DNA of 64,000 bases from Akkermansiaceae bacterium (GTDB lineage Bacteria; Verrucomicrobiota; Verrucomicrobiia; Verrucomicrobiales; Akkermansiaceae), in contig JANXMQ010000247.1 in NCBI GenBank assembly GCA_025354565.1, forward strand, positions 5,880-69,879, given 5' to 3'. The notes under the pieces are model-generated. The model did no database searches. It saw only the letters and a program-made list of their open reading frames with translations, and had not been told where the DNA came from. How positions within the stretch are numbered: position 1 is the first letter of the stretch; each line of letters opens with the position of its first letter. Made by a program: the position numbers and the translations under genes. This document shows positions 7,135-15,851 of this stretch, one piece after another.

Positions 7135-10100
7135 ATGAATCCATTTTTAAAACACGCCCTGTCTGCTTCCTGTCTCGCCTGCCTGCTGGGAATGGCGATG
7201 ACATCCGGCACGGTCCACGCGCAAGCACAAGCCGCTGGCCTGTGGACGGATGTCGTCGAAGCGGATTTGCCAGCAGGAAAAGGTCCGCTGGTCATGCAGC
7301 GGACTGTCGTGCCGCAAATTTACCGGACTATCCGCTTGGACTGGAATGGATTTCGCAAGTCCGTGGCCGGTGCGCCGCTCGAGTCCCGGGCCGGTGCCGA
7401 ACCGCCGCAAGAACTCACGCTGCCGATGCCCGATGGAACGATGGCCCGCTTCGCCATCGAAGAGTCGCCGCTGATGGAATCCAAGCTCGCCGCACGCTTT
7501 CCTGACGTCAAAACCTACATCGGTCGCGGGCTTGACAATCCCCTGCTCTCCGCCCGTCTCGATCAGACGCCGCAAGGATTTCACGCTCTTGTCTTCACCG
7601 GCACCGACACCGTCTATATCGACCCCTATTGGCGGAATGATAACACCACGTATGTTTCCTATCAGCGGCGGGATTATGTCAATGCGGCAAAGTCCATGCA
7701 ATGCCTCCTTCCAGATCTTGGTGTGGCACCAGACAAAGGGCAGCCAGCCGCCCAGGCGGAGCGACCGACGGGTGCCTCCTTGCGCACCTACCGTCTGGCC
7801 ATCGCCTGCACCGGAGAATATGCGGCCGCAGCCGGTGGCGGCACACTCGACGGCGCATTCGGCGCGATCATCACCACCGTCAACCGCGTCAGCGCAGTCT
7901 ATGAACGTGAATTCGCCATCCGGCTGAAACTCATCAACAACGAGGAGCAACTCATTTTCCTCGACCCAGTGACCGATGGCTTCACCGACAATGACGCCAA
8001 TGCCTTGATTGGTGAAAGCCAGACGAAAATCGATGCCGTCATCGGTAATGCGAACTACGACATCGGCCACACTTTCAGCACCGGCGGCGGCGGCTTGGCG
8101 GGACTGGGCGTGGTTGGTGTAACCGGGCAAAAGGCAAACGGTATCACCGGTTCTTCAAATCCAGTGGGCGATCCTTATGACATCGACTACGTGGCTCATG
8201 AAATGGGCCACCAATTCGGTGCCGACCATCCATTTAACGGAACCTCGGGAAGTTGTTCCGGCGGCAACCGTAACGGCCCCACCGCCTACGAACCCGGCAG
8301 TGGCACTACCATCATGGCCTACGCGGGGATTTGCTCACCGCAGGATCTTGCGCCGCATAGCGATGACTATTTCCACACCATCAGTTATGATGAAATCGAT
8401 GCGGTTACGACCACATCTCCCGGCAATGTGGGCGTGATCACCGCCACCGGCAACACACCGCCGACCGTCACCGCTCCCGCCAATCACACAATTCCCCAGC
8501 AGACGCCCTTCGCGCTCACCGCCGTCGGGACGGATTCAGATGCGGGCGATGTGCTCACTTACTGTTGGGAAGAGTTTGATAAAGGCGCGGCCCAAAATCC
8601 GAACGCCGTCCCCCGCGACAACGGGGCTTCCCCCATTTTCCGCTCGTTCGATCCCACTATCAGCCCGACCCGGATCTTTCCCTCGCTCACCTACATTCTG
8701 AACAACGCCAACACCCCGCCCGCCACCGTCGGCGGATTCGCCACGGCGGAATTCCTCCCCATCACGAACCGCACCATGAAATTCCGCGTGACCGTGCGCG
8801 ACAACCATCCCGGCGGAGGTGGTTCGAATTATGCCTCGACGAACGTCACCTCGACAACCACCGCGGGTCCGTTCGTGGTCACTTCGCAGAACTCCGCAGC
8901 CACGCTCGCTGGTGGCTCCGTGGTGCCAGTCACCTGGTCTGTTGCCAATACCACTGCCGCGCCCGTTAGTTGCGCCAACGTGAAAATCACGCTCTCCACC
9001 GACGGCGGCTACACCTATCCCATCGTCCTCGCGGCGAGCACACCCAATGACGGCGCAGAAAATGTGACCCTGCCTAACATCGCGAACGTCGCCACTACCC
9101 AGGGCCGCATCAAGGTCGAGGCCGTGGGAAATATTTTCTTCGATGTTTCAGGGGCCGACCTAACGATCACCAGCAGCAACACTGCGCCCGTGCTCAACAT
9201 CACCGGCAACATGACCGTCACGCGTGGCACCCCCACCGCAACCAACGCGATAGTAGCCACAGCTTCGGATATCAATCAGCCCCTCACGGTGGCGGTTTCC
9301 AATGCGCCAATGGACAGCACCATGACCGCCAGTCTGGTGGGCAATAATGTCACCGTCAGCGCACTGGCCGACAGCTCGCTCGTCACCACCAATACCAGCC
9401 GCACGTACCCGGTCACTTTGACCGTCACTGACAACCTTGGTTCGACCACCTCCGGCACTTTCAATCTCATCGTCCTGCCCAATCCCGCACCCACGCTGGG
9501 CAACTACACGAACCAAAGCGTCGCCCAAAACGCCAACATCACCGCGACCCCCACCGCCGGACCTGCCGATGCTAACAATAATCTTGGCGCTACTCCAGTA
9601 TCCGTTTTTCCCACGACACTCCCCGGCGGCGGCACCGTCACCGTCAACCAACTCACCGGAGCAGTCACCGCCACCACTCTCGCCACCACCGTGGCATCCA
9701 CCTACGTCATCCGCGTGACCGTGCAGGACAACAGCGGCGCAGCCGTGGTGAAATCCTTCAATCTCACGGTCAACGGCGGCCCGCTTGATCCGCTCAATGT
9801 CAGTTTCACCGGACTGGCTGCCACCGGACCGGTGGGCGGACCATTCACTCCTACCTCAGGCACCTTCACCCTGACCAATAACTCCGCGGCTTCCCTCAAT
9901 TGGCACGCGTCAATAACCCAGACATGGGCCACACTCTCGGTCGCCAGCGGCACCCTTGCCGCCGGTGGCTCAACGCCGATCACTTACTCCCTCAATGCCA
10001 CGGCTAATGGACTCGCCGCCGCCATTTTCACCGACACCGTCACCATCACCAATGTCACTTCGGGCGCTCCCCAAATCTTTAACCCCACCTTGACCGTGAC

Positions 10101-11661
10101 AAACGGTATTGCTGGCACCGGTGTCGGTGCGATTCCAGACGGGGGCACCGGCACATTACCGTCATACGGCACCCCTCTGGTGGTCAGTTTCCCGGTTTCT
10201 GGCATCACCAGCAATCTGACCGATGCCGTTGTGGATCTCACGATGATCCACACTTGGGCTGGCGACGTGGATGTCGTATTGGCCTCACCAGGTGGCACCC
10301 GCAGCCTCGTGCTCGTCAGCCGCATTGGTGTCACGACGGCTGCTAGCTTCGGTGATTCGTCAAATTACACGGGCTCATACACCTTCTCGGATGCCGCCAC
10401 AGGCAGTGACATTTGGACGGCTGCCGGGACAGTCGGAGATAACGGAGTCATCCCGCCGGGAACGTATCGGACGACCGGCCCAGGGCAGACCGGACAAACC
10501 AACCCGCCCCCGTTGACCAGCCTTGCCACCGCATTCGGTGGACTTACCCCAGCCCAGGCAAACGGGACTTGGACACTCACCCTCCGCGATGCGGGATCAT
10601 CGGACACGGGCAGTGTCAGCGCGGCCTTGTTGCGACTGACTCAGACCACACTCCCAGACATCCGCATCTTCCGTGGCGTCAACCCCGTAGTCGATGGCGG
10701 CACCAACCGCGTCGGTTCGGTCAACGTCGGCAGCACCTCCGGCCTCTTTACCTACACCGTCAGTAACACCGGTGCCGCCAACCTCACCGGCCTGGTCTTG
10801 TCGGTGAATGGCACCAACAGCACCGACATCCTCACCACCGCCCCCCTGCTGACCACCCTCCTCCCCGGTGCCAGTACTACCTTCACGGTGAAATTCAAGC
10901 CCACCGCCGTCGGCACCCGCACCGCCACCATCCACCTCGCCAGCAATGTCGCCGGGACGAAAAACCCCTACGACATCCATCTCACTGGCACCGGCATCGG
11001 TGTCCCGGTAATCGACCTCACGCGCGGCATTAATGCCGTGGCCGATGGCGGCACTAACACTCTCGGTTCAATCACCGTCGGGAAGACTTCGGGCGACTTC
11101 ACCTACACCGTCAAAAACACTGGCACCGCCAACCTCACCGGCCTCGTCTTATCGGTAAATGGCACCAACAGCGCCGACATCCTCACCACCGCACCGCTGT
11201 TGACCACTCTCACCCCCGGCAGCACCACCACCTTCACGGTCAAATTCGCCCCCACCGCCACCGGTCCCCGCACCGCCGCCATCCACCTCGCCAGCAATGT
11301 CATCGGAACGAAAAACCCCTACGACATCAACCTCACCGGCACCGGCCTCGCGGCAAAAACCGCCCTCGCCGCCAGTACCCTACCCTCGTGGAGTGACCTC
11401 AGCACCGGCAGCCTGCTTGCTGTTCCGCCCAAGCCCGTCGTCTCCGCCGTCATGATCGGCGGTCACAAATACCTATCACTCACCGTCACCAAAGTTGCCG
11501 GCCCTCACCCGCGCCGGATCGTCGAGGTTTCGCCGAACCTGCTCGATTGGTTCAGCGGCCCACTCTACACGACGGTGATGCTAAACGACGCGGAATTCCT
11601 CAAGGTCCGCGACAACACCCCGATCACCCCGGACCACAAGCGCTACATCCGCTTGAAGTAA
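7135..11661 (+). CDS. Secreted reprolysin-like zinc metalloprotease with a proprotein-convertase P-domain and repeated Ig-like / choice-of-anchor-D-like domains
   Basis: It has a signal peptide (CLACLLGMAMTSGTVHAQA) and the metzincin motif HEMGHQFGADHPFNG. A P-domain-like segment GTWTLTLRDAGSSDTGSVSAALLRL is present. Two tandem units of about 115 aa lie near the C-terminus. Confidence 0.8.
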   Translation: MNPFLKHALSASCLACLLGMAMTSGTVHAQAQAAGLWTDVVEADLPAGKGPLVMQRTVVPQIYRTIRLDWNGFRKSVAGAPLESRAGAEPPQELTLPMPDGTMARFAIEESPLMESKLAARFPDVKTYIGRGLDNPLLSARLDQTPQGFHALVFTGTDTVYIDPYWRNDNTTYVSYQRRDYVNAAKSMQCLLPDLGVAPDKGQPAAQAERPTGASLRTYRLAIACTGEYAAAAGGGTLDGAFGAIITTVNRVSAVYEREFAIRLKLINNEEQLIFLDPVTDGFTDNDANALIGESQTKIDAVIGNANYDIGHTFSTGGGGLAGLGVVGVTGQKANGITGSSNPVGDPYDIDYVAHEMGHQFGADHPFNGTSGSCSGGNRNGPTAYEPGSGTTIMAYAGICSPQDLAPHSDDYFHTISYDEIDAVTTTSPGNVGVITATGNTPPTVTAPANHTIPQQTPFALTAVGTDSDAGDVLTYCWEEFDKGAAQNPNAVPRDNGASPIFRSFDPTISPTRIFPSLTYILNNANTPPATVGGFATAEFLPITNRTMKFRVTVRDNHPGGGGSNYASTNVTSTTTAGPFVVTSQNSAATLAGGSVVPVTWSVANTTAAPVSCANVKITLSTDGGYTYPIVLAASTPNDGAENVTLPNIANVATTQGRIKVEAVGNIFFDVSGADLTITSSNTAPVLNITGNMTVTRGTPTATNAIVATASDINQPLTVAVSNAPMDSTMTASLVGNNVTVSALADSSLVTTNTSRTYPVTLTVTDNLGSTTSGTFNLIVLPNPAPTLGNYTNQSVAQNANITATPTAGPADANNNLGATPVSVFPTTLPGGGTVTVNQLTGAVTATTLATTVASTYVIRVTVQDNSGAAVVKSFNLTVNGGPLDPLNVSFTGLAATGPVGGPFTPTSGTFTLTNNSAASLNWHASITQTWATLSVASGTLAAGGSTPITYSLNATANGLAAAIFTDTVTITNVTSGAPQIFNPTLTVTNGIAGTGVGAIPDGGTGTLPSYGTPLVVSFPVSGITSNLTDAVVDLTMIHTWAGDVDVVLASPGGTRSLVLVSRIGVTTAASFGDSSNYTGSYTFSDAATGSDIWTAAGTVGDNGVIPPGTYRTTGPGQTGQTNPPPLTSLATAFGGLTPAQANGTWTLTLRDAGSSDTGSVSAALLRLTQTTLPDIRIFRGVNPVVDGGTNRVGSVNVGSTSGLFTYTVSNTGAANLTGLVLSVNGTNSTDILTTAPLLTTLLPGASTTFTVKFKPTAVGTRTATIHLASNVAGTKNPYDIHLTGTGIGVPVIDLTRGINAVADGGTNTLGSITVGKTSGDFTYTVKNTGTANLTGLVLSVNGTNSADILTTAPLLTTLTPGSTTTFTVKFAPTATGPRTAAIHLASNVIGTKNPYDINLTGTGLAAKTALAASTLPSWSDLSTGSLLAVPPKPVVSAVMIGGHKYLSLTVTKVAGPHPRRIVEVSPNLLDWFSGPLYTTVMLNDAEFLKVRDNTPITPDHKRYIRLK
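10657..11351 (+). repeat. Tandem duplication (2 x about 345 bp) encoding two near-identical Ig-like domains
   Basis: The units FTYTVSNTGAANLTGLVLSVNGTNSTDILTTAPLLTTL...IHLASNVAGTKNPYDIHLTGTG and FTYTVKNTGTANLTGLVLSVNGTNSADILTTAPLLTTL...IHLASNVIGTKNPYDINLTGTG are nearly identical. The DNA is roughly 85-90% identical by eye. Confidence 0.85.
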
Positions 11662-11779
11662 GCCAGTGTCGCAATCAGGTTCCTCACACTGGCCGGACCA
11701 TGGCCAGTGCTTGACATGATCCTGCCACGACGGTTTTTACGATGGTCAGAATTCTCCGAACTGCTATCAACAGCACGGC

Positions 11780-12346
11780 ATGCAATGGTATTACTCGAAA
11801 AACGGCACACAACTTGGCCCGGTCGCAGAAGGAGAATTGCTCGCGAAGCTCGCCTCCGGTGAGGTCACTGCTGCGGACATGGTTTGGAAGGATGGCATGA
11901 AGGACTGGCTGGCTGCAGGCAGGGTGCCTGAGTTAACATCGTTTGCATCGTTGGGTTCCGCCACCACCCCGCTCCAGCCTATGCAAGGACCAGTGCTGAA
12001 TACTCCCTACGCGCCACCCTCGGCCCCCACCACTTACACGCCACCCATGGTAACAGGCAGCACGAGCAAGGCCACCGCGTCGATGGTGCTGGGAATCGTG
12101 GGCATCGTCTTCGGACTATGCGGTTGTTATGGCGTCGTCATTTCCCTGCCATGCAGCATCCTCGCCATTGTATTTGGCGGGCAAATGAAACAAGCCATCG
12201 CGAGTGATCCGTCCTTGGCGGGAATGCTCGGCACCGCAAAAGCCGGAGTCACCATGGGTTGGATCGGCGTCGGCATCATTGCCTTGTTCACGCTGGTAAT
12301 ACTCGGTTTCGGCGTTTTCGCCGCCTTGTCTGCGCCACACCACTGA
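11780..12346 (+). CDS. GYF_2 (DUF4339) domain protein with a C-terminal DUF4190-like membrane domain
   Basis: The N-terminus MQWYYSKNGTQLGPVAEGELLAKLASGEVTAADMVWKDGMKDWLAAGRV is a GYF_2 signature. Two hydrophobic helices lie at the C-terminus. Confidence 0.65.
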   Translation: MQWYYSKNGTQLGPVAEGELLAKLASGEVTAADMVWKDGMKDWLAAGRVPELTSFASLGSATTPLQPMQGPVLNTPYAPPSAPTTYTPPMVTGSTSKATASMVLGIVGIVFGLCGCYGVVISLPCSILAIVFGGQMKQAIASDPSLAGMLGTAKAGVTMGWIGVGIIALFTLVILGFGVFAALSAPHH

Positions 12347-12347
12347 G

Positions 12348-12794
12348 ATGGAGTGGAAATTCCTGGTTACGTGCTGGCACAAAACTCCCTGGATTCTGCG
12401 GGTTGTAGGGGTCATCGCCAGCGCATGGCTTGCCCGGTGCCTCTTGCTCGCGTTTGAGCCGACGATCTACACGGGCGCTCCGGTCTGTTATTTCCACCAA
12501 CTCACCGGCCTGAACTGCGCGGGCTGCGGCGGGACGCGGGCATTTTTCGCCTTCCTCAAGGGCGATCTCGCACTGTCATGGCGGATGAATCCCCTGTTCC
12601 TCACAGGTCTCGCCTGTGGCCTGCTCTTCGGCACGCTTGCCCTGCTGGACCGCAGACCCGGAGGGAGACCCCGGTGCCTAGCCGGCATCCGGCTCAGCGC
12701 CCGGCTCGGCTGGTTCGCCTTGGGCTTCATCCTCTCATTCTGGATTTTGAGAAATCTTCCGTGGTGGCCGTTCACCCAGCTCTCGCCGCCGTGA
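12348..12794 (+). CDS. DUF2752 family membrane protein
   Basis: It has the motif CYFHQLTGLNCAGCGGTRAFFAFLKGDLALSWRMNP. Its start lies 1 nt after the upstream stop. Confidence 0.6.
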   Translation: MEWKFLVTCWHKTPWILRVVGVIASAWLARCLLLAFEPTIYTGAPVCYFHQLTGLNCAGCGGTRAFFAFLKGDLALSWRMNPLFLTGLACGLLFGTLALLDRRPGGRPRCLAGIRLSARLGWFALGFILSFWILRNLPWWPFTQLSPP

Positions 12795-12850
12795 TGCTGG
12801 CCGTGCAAGTGAGCCTTGCCGGAAGCCCTCCATCGCGCTATCTCCCGGCC

Positions 12851-13594
12851 ATGCCTTTGCTTCTTGGAGTCAATATCGACCACATCGCCACCCTTCGTCA
12901 GGCCCGTTATGCGCAAAATCCTAGCGCACCGAATGCCGAGCCCTGCCCCATCCAAGCCAGCCATGATGCCTTGGCCGGTGGCGCAGATGCCCTCACCATC
13001 CATGTCCGCGGCGACCGCCGACACATGCAAGACGCCGATGCCTACCGGATCCGGGCCGAGGTGCCACTGCCCTTGAATCTTGAAATGGCCGTGACCGAGG
13101 AAATGGTCGGCATCGCCCTCAAGCTCAAGCCGGACTTCGTCTGCCTGGTCCCCGAAAACCGCCTCGAAATCACCACCGAGGGTGGCCTCAACGTGCTAGC
13201 CAATTTCGACAAAACCCGCATGGTCATTGCCCGCCTCCAAGACGCTGGCATCCACGTCAGCGTCTTCATCGACCCCGATTTGAAACAAGTCGAAGCCGCC
13301 GGTGAAGCCTGCGCCGACATGATCGAGCTCCACACCGGAGCCTTCGCCAATGCCACCGACGACCACGCCCAAGCCGAGCTCGACCGCCTCATCGCCGCCG
13401 CCAAGGAAGGCCACCCCAGCGTCAAGGTGAACGCAGGTCACGGCATCAACTACACCAACCTCGCCCGCATCCTCACCATCCCTCATCTTTCCGAGCTAAA
13501 CATCGGCCACAGCATCATCGCCCGCTCCACCCGCGTCGGACTGACGACTGCTGTGCGTGAAATGAAGGAGCTGATGGCTGCATACAACTCGTGA
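12851..13594 (+). CDS. pdxJ: Pyridoxine 5'-phosphate synthase
   Basis: The sequence MPLLLGVNIDHIATLRQARY...IHVRGDRRH...VNAGHGINY...ELNIGHSIIA is present. The start was placed at the internal ATG 12851 of ORF 12578..13594. The upstream part of that ORF overlaps the DUF2752 gene. Confidence 0.9.
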   Translation: MPLLLGVNIDHIATLRQARYAQNPSAPNAEPCPIQASHDALAGGADALTIHVRGDRRHMQDADAYRIRAEVPLPLNLEMAVTEEMVGIALKLKPDFVCLVPENRLEITTEGGLNVLANFDKTRMVIARLQDAGIHVSVFIDPDLKQVEAAGEACADMIELHTGAFANATDDHAQAELDRLIAAAKEGHPSVKVNAGHGINYTNLARILTIPHLSELNIGHSIIARSTRVGLTTAVREMKELMAAYNS

Positions 13595-14199
13595 ACATGG
13601 GAAGATGTATCCCAGTTCCCGGCAGCATTTCGGAAAGGTCAAACGAAGCGGAAACGTTGATTGTCTGTCAGTGGGATCGCAACCCCATTATGTTAGGGAT
13701 CTTCACTGTGATTTACATGAACTTCATTGGATTTTTCATTTTCTGGTTCCATAAGATGCTTGGCGATGAATCGTTTCTCGACTGGATTGAACAACCTGAT
13801 TGGATGGCGAAACTAACGCTAGAGAGTCCTCTGCTGTTGTTTGCGATTTGCGGCGCTTACTGTCTGCTCGCCACGTTCTTAAACCACACGAACATTCAGA
13901 TTTCCGGTTCCGATTTAAAAATTAGAATTCGCCCGATCCCGTGGATAGGTGACAAAACCGTCAAAAAGTTGGAAATTACTCAACTCTTCGTCCGCGAAAA
14001 AACCAGCAAGGACTCTTACGGACAGATTACCAAAAGCTACCAAGTGCATTGGATCAATACCCGCGGCCAGCGGCTACCACTCGTCGGGAGACTCCGGGTT
14101 CACGAAGCACTTTATCTCGAAAATCGGCTGGAGGAGATTCTTGGAATTGAAAATCAACCTGTCAGCGGCGCTTACACCGGATACGAATTTTACGTATGA
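13591..14199 (+). CDS. Hypothetical membrane protein (low-GC ORF nested between pdxJ and acpS)
   Basis: A 202-aa ORF with two predicted TM helices (IMLGIFTVIYMNFIGFFIFWF and LLLFAICGAYCLLATFL). A GTGA overlap links it to the pdxJ stop, and an ATGA overlap links it to the acpS start. No family was recognised. Confidence 0.5.
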   Translation: MNMGRCIPVPGSISERSNEAETLIVCQWDRNPIMLGIFTVIYMNFIGFFIFWFHKMLGDESFLDWIEQPDWMAKLTLESPLLLFAICGAYCLLATFLNHTNIQISGSDLKIRIRPIPWIGDKTVKKLEITQLFVREKTSKDSYGQITKSYQVHWINTRGQRLPLVGRLRVHEALYLENRLEEILGIENQPVSGAYTGYEFYV

Positions 14200-14588
14200 A
14201 AATCTTTGGCATCGGTATTGACGTCGTGGAAGTGGAACGCATCGCCTCCGCCATCGAACGCTATGGCGAACCATTTCTTGAAAAACTCTTTACTTCATCC
14301 GAGCGGAGTTATTGCGAGATGCAAAGCAAGCCCGCTCTCCACTACGCCGCCCGCTTCGCAGCGAAAGAGGCGGTTTCCAAGGCTCTCGGCACCGGGATCG
14401 GCAGCCATGCCAGTTGGCTCGAGCTCGAAATTATCCGCGATGCGTCTGGTGCGCCCAAACTCGCGCTCCAGGGAGCCGCTGCGAGTTTCGCCCAGGAAAA
14501 CGCCATCTCCGAAATCCAAATCAGTCTCACCCACGCCCGGGAATATGCCGCCGCGAATGCGATCGCGATCGCGGATAGTGGATTGTAG
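14196..14588 (+). CDS. acpS: Holo-[acyl-carrier-protein] synthase
   Basis: The sequence is MKIFGIGIDVVEVERIASAIERYGEPFLEKLFTSSE...FAAKEAVSKALGTG...ISLTHAREYA. Confidence 0.9.
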   Translation: MKIFGIGIDVVEVERIASAIERYGEPFLEKLFTSSERSYCEMQSKPALHYAARFAAKEAVSKALGTGIGSHASWLELEIIRDASGAPKLALQGAAASFAQENAISEIQISLTHAREYAAANAIAIADSGL

Positions 14589-14646
14589 ATAAGTAATTGT
14601 TGAATTAAAAATTCACGCGAGACTTCCTAATCCCCAATCCTCTAAC

Positions 14647-15621
14647 ATGAACCGCCCCCGCCGCAACCGCCGCACGCCCGCCATCCGCGCCATGGTCCGG
14701 GAAACCACCCTCACCCCTGCGGACTTCATCCTCCCCTTATTTTTCCATGAGGACGCCCAGGACACACCCATCGCCTCCATGCCCGGCGTCACCCGTTGGT
14801 CCTTGGCCAGTCTCGTAAAAGAGGCCGGCGAGGCCCACGCACTCGGCATCCCCGCCGTCGTTCTTTTCCCGAAAATCGAGGAATCCCTCAAAACCCCCCT
14901 CGCCGAGGAATCCCACAACGACACCGGCCTCGTCCCCCGCGCCATCCGCGCCCTCAAAGCCGCCCACCCGACGCTCACCGTCATCACCGATGTCGCGCTC
15001 GATCCCTATAACTCAGAAGGCCACGACGGCATCGTCCACCGCCACGCGACCGGCGCTTTAGAAATCCTCAACGACCAAACCGTCGCCGTCCTCTGCCACC
15101 AAGCCCTCTGCCACGCCCGCGCCGGAGCCGACATCGTCGCCCCATCCGACATGATGGACGGCCGCGTGGCCGCCATTCGTGAGGCCCTCGATGACGAAGG
15201 TTTCACCGCCGTCTCCATCCTCAGCTACACCGCCAAATACGCGTCCGCGTTTTACGGCCCCTTCCGTGGCGCACTCGACTCCGCGCCCAAGGATGGCGAC
15301 AAGAAAACTTACCAAATGGACCCTGCCAACGCCCGCGAAGCCATCCGGGAAACCCTCCTTGATGAAGCCGAAGGCGCCGATATGCTCATGGTCAAACCCG
15401 CCGGACTCTACCTCGACATCATCGCCCGAGTCCGCGAAACCACCACCCTCCCCCTCGCCGCCTACCAAGTCAGCGGCGAATATCTCATGCTCAAGAGCGC
15501 CGCCGCCGGTGGCTGGCTCGACGAAAAAGCCATCGTCCTCGAGTCCCTCACCGCCATCAAACGCGCTGGCGCAGACATGATCCTCACCTACTACGCCAAG
15601 CAAGCCTGCGGCTGGCTGTGA
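14647..15621 (+). CDS. hemB: Porphobilinogen synthase (delta-aminolevulinate dehydratase)
   Basis: The sequence is RPRRNRRTPAIRAMVRETTLTPADFILPLF...APSDMMDGRV...YQVSGEY...ILTYYA. Confidence 0.95.
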   Translation: MNRPRRNRRTPAIRAMVRETTLTPADFILPLFFHEDAQDTPIASMPGVTRWSLASLVKEAGEAHALGIPAVVLFPKIEESLKTPLAEESHNDTGLVPRAIRALKAAHPTLTVITDVALDPYNSEGHDGIVHRHATGALEILNDQTVAVLCHQALCHARAGADIVAPSDMMDGRVAAIREALDDEGFTAVSILSYTAKYASAFYGPFRGALDSAPKDGDKKTYQMDPANAREAIRETLLDEAEGADMLMVKPAGLYLDIIARVRETTTLPLAAYQVSGEYLMLKSAAAGGWLDEKAIVLESLTAIKRAGADMILTYYAKQACGWL

Positions 15622-15851
15622 GTTAGCAGGCATCGTCCTTAGCGAACTTTCTTGAAGAGTCTCAATACTTTGCACGCCGATTGAGCATCTTCCACCCTAA
15701 GCCTGCGCCGATTATGCCAATCAAAGTAGCAAATGTCCAAAACAATGAACTTCCGCCGATTTGAGTCACTTTGCCGCGCCCCAAATAACTGCCATTTCCC
15801 GCTCCCGCCGACACGCTGCCGACGGGGACGAGAACCGGGTGGTGGATTGCA

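Noticed and set aside
10657-11351. Regularly spaced repeats considered as a possible CRISPR array (also 31164-31800)
   Set aside because: The units are 210-345 bp, contiguous, in frame, and encode protein domains. There is no short-repeat/unique-spacer structure and no cas genes.
12578-12850. N-terminal extension of the pdxJ ORF, and a similar extension of the xdh ORF from 49176
   Set aside because: The extensions overlap the preceding genes and have Arg/Pro-rich junk composition. The canonical family N-termini start at the internal Met codons.
15662-15769. 35-codon minus-strand ORF (GTG start) encoding a hydrophobic peptide: TQIGGSSLFWTFATLIGIIGAGLGWKMLNRRAKY
   Set aside because: It looks like a small TM peptide with a positive C-terminus. 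It is too short to support without conservation or ribosome-profiling data, and it has a non-ATG start and no clear RBS.
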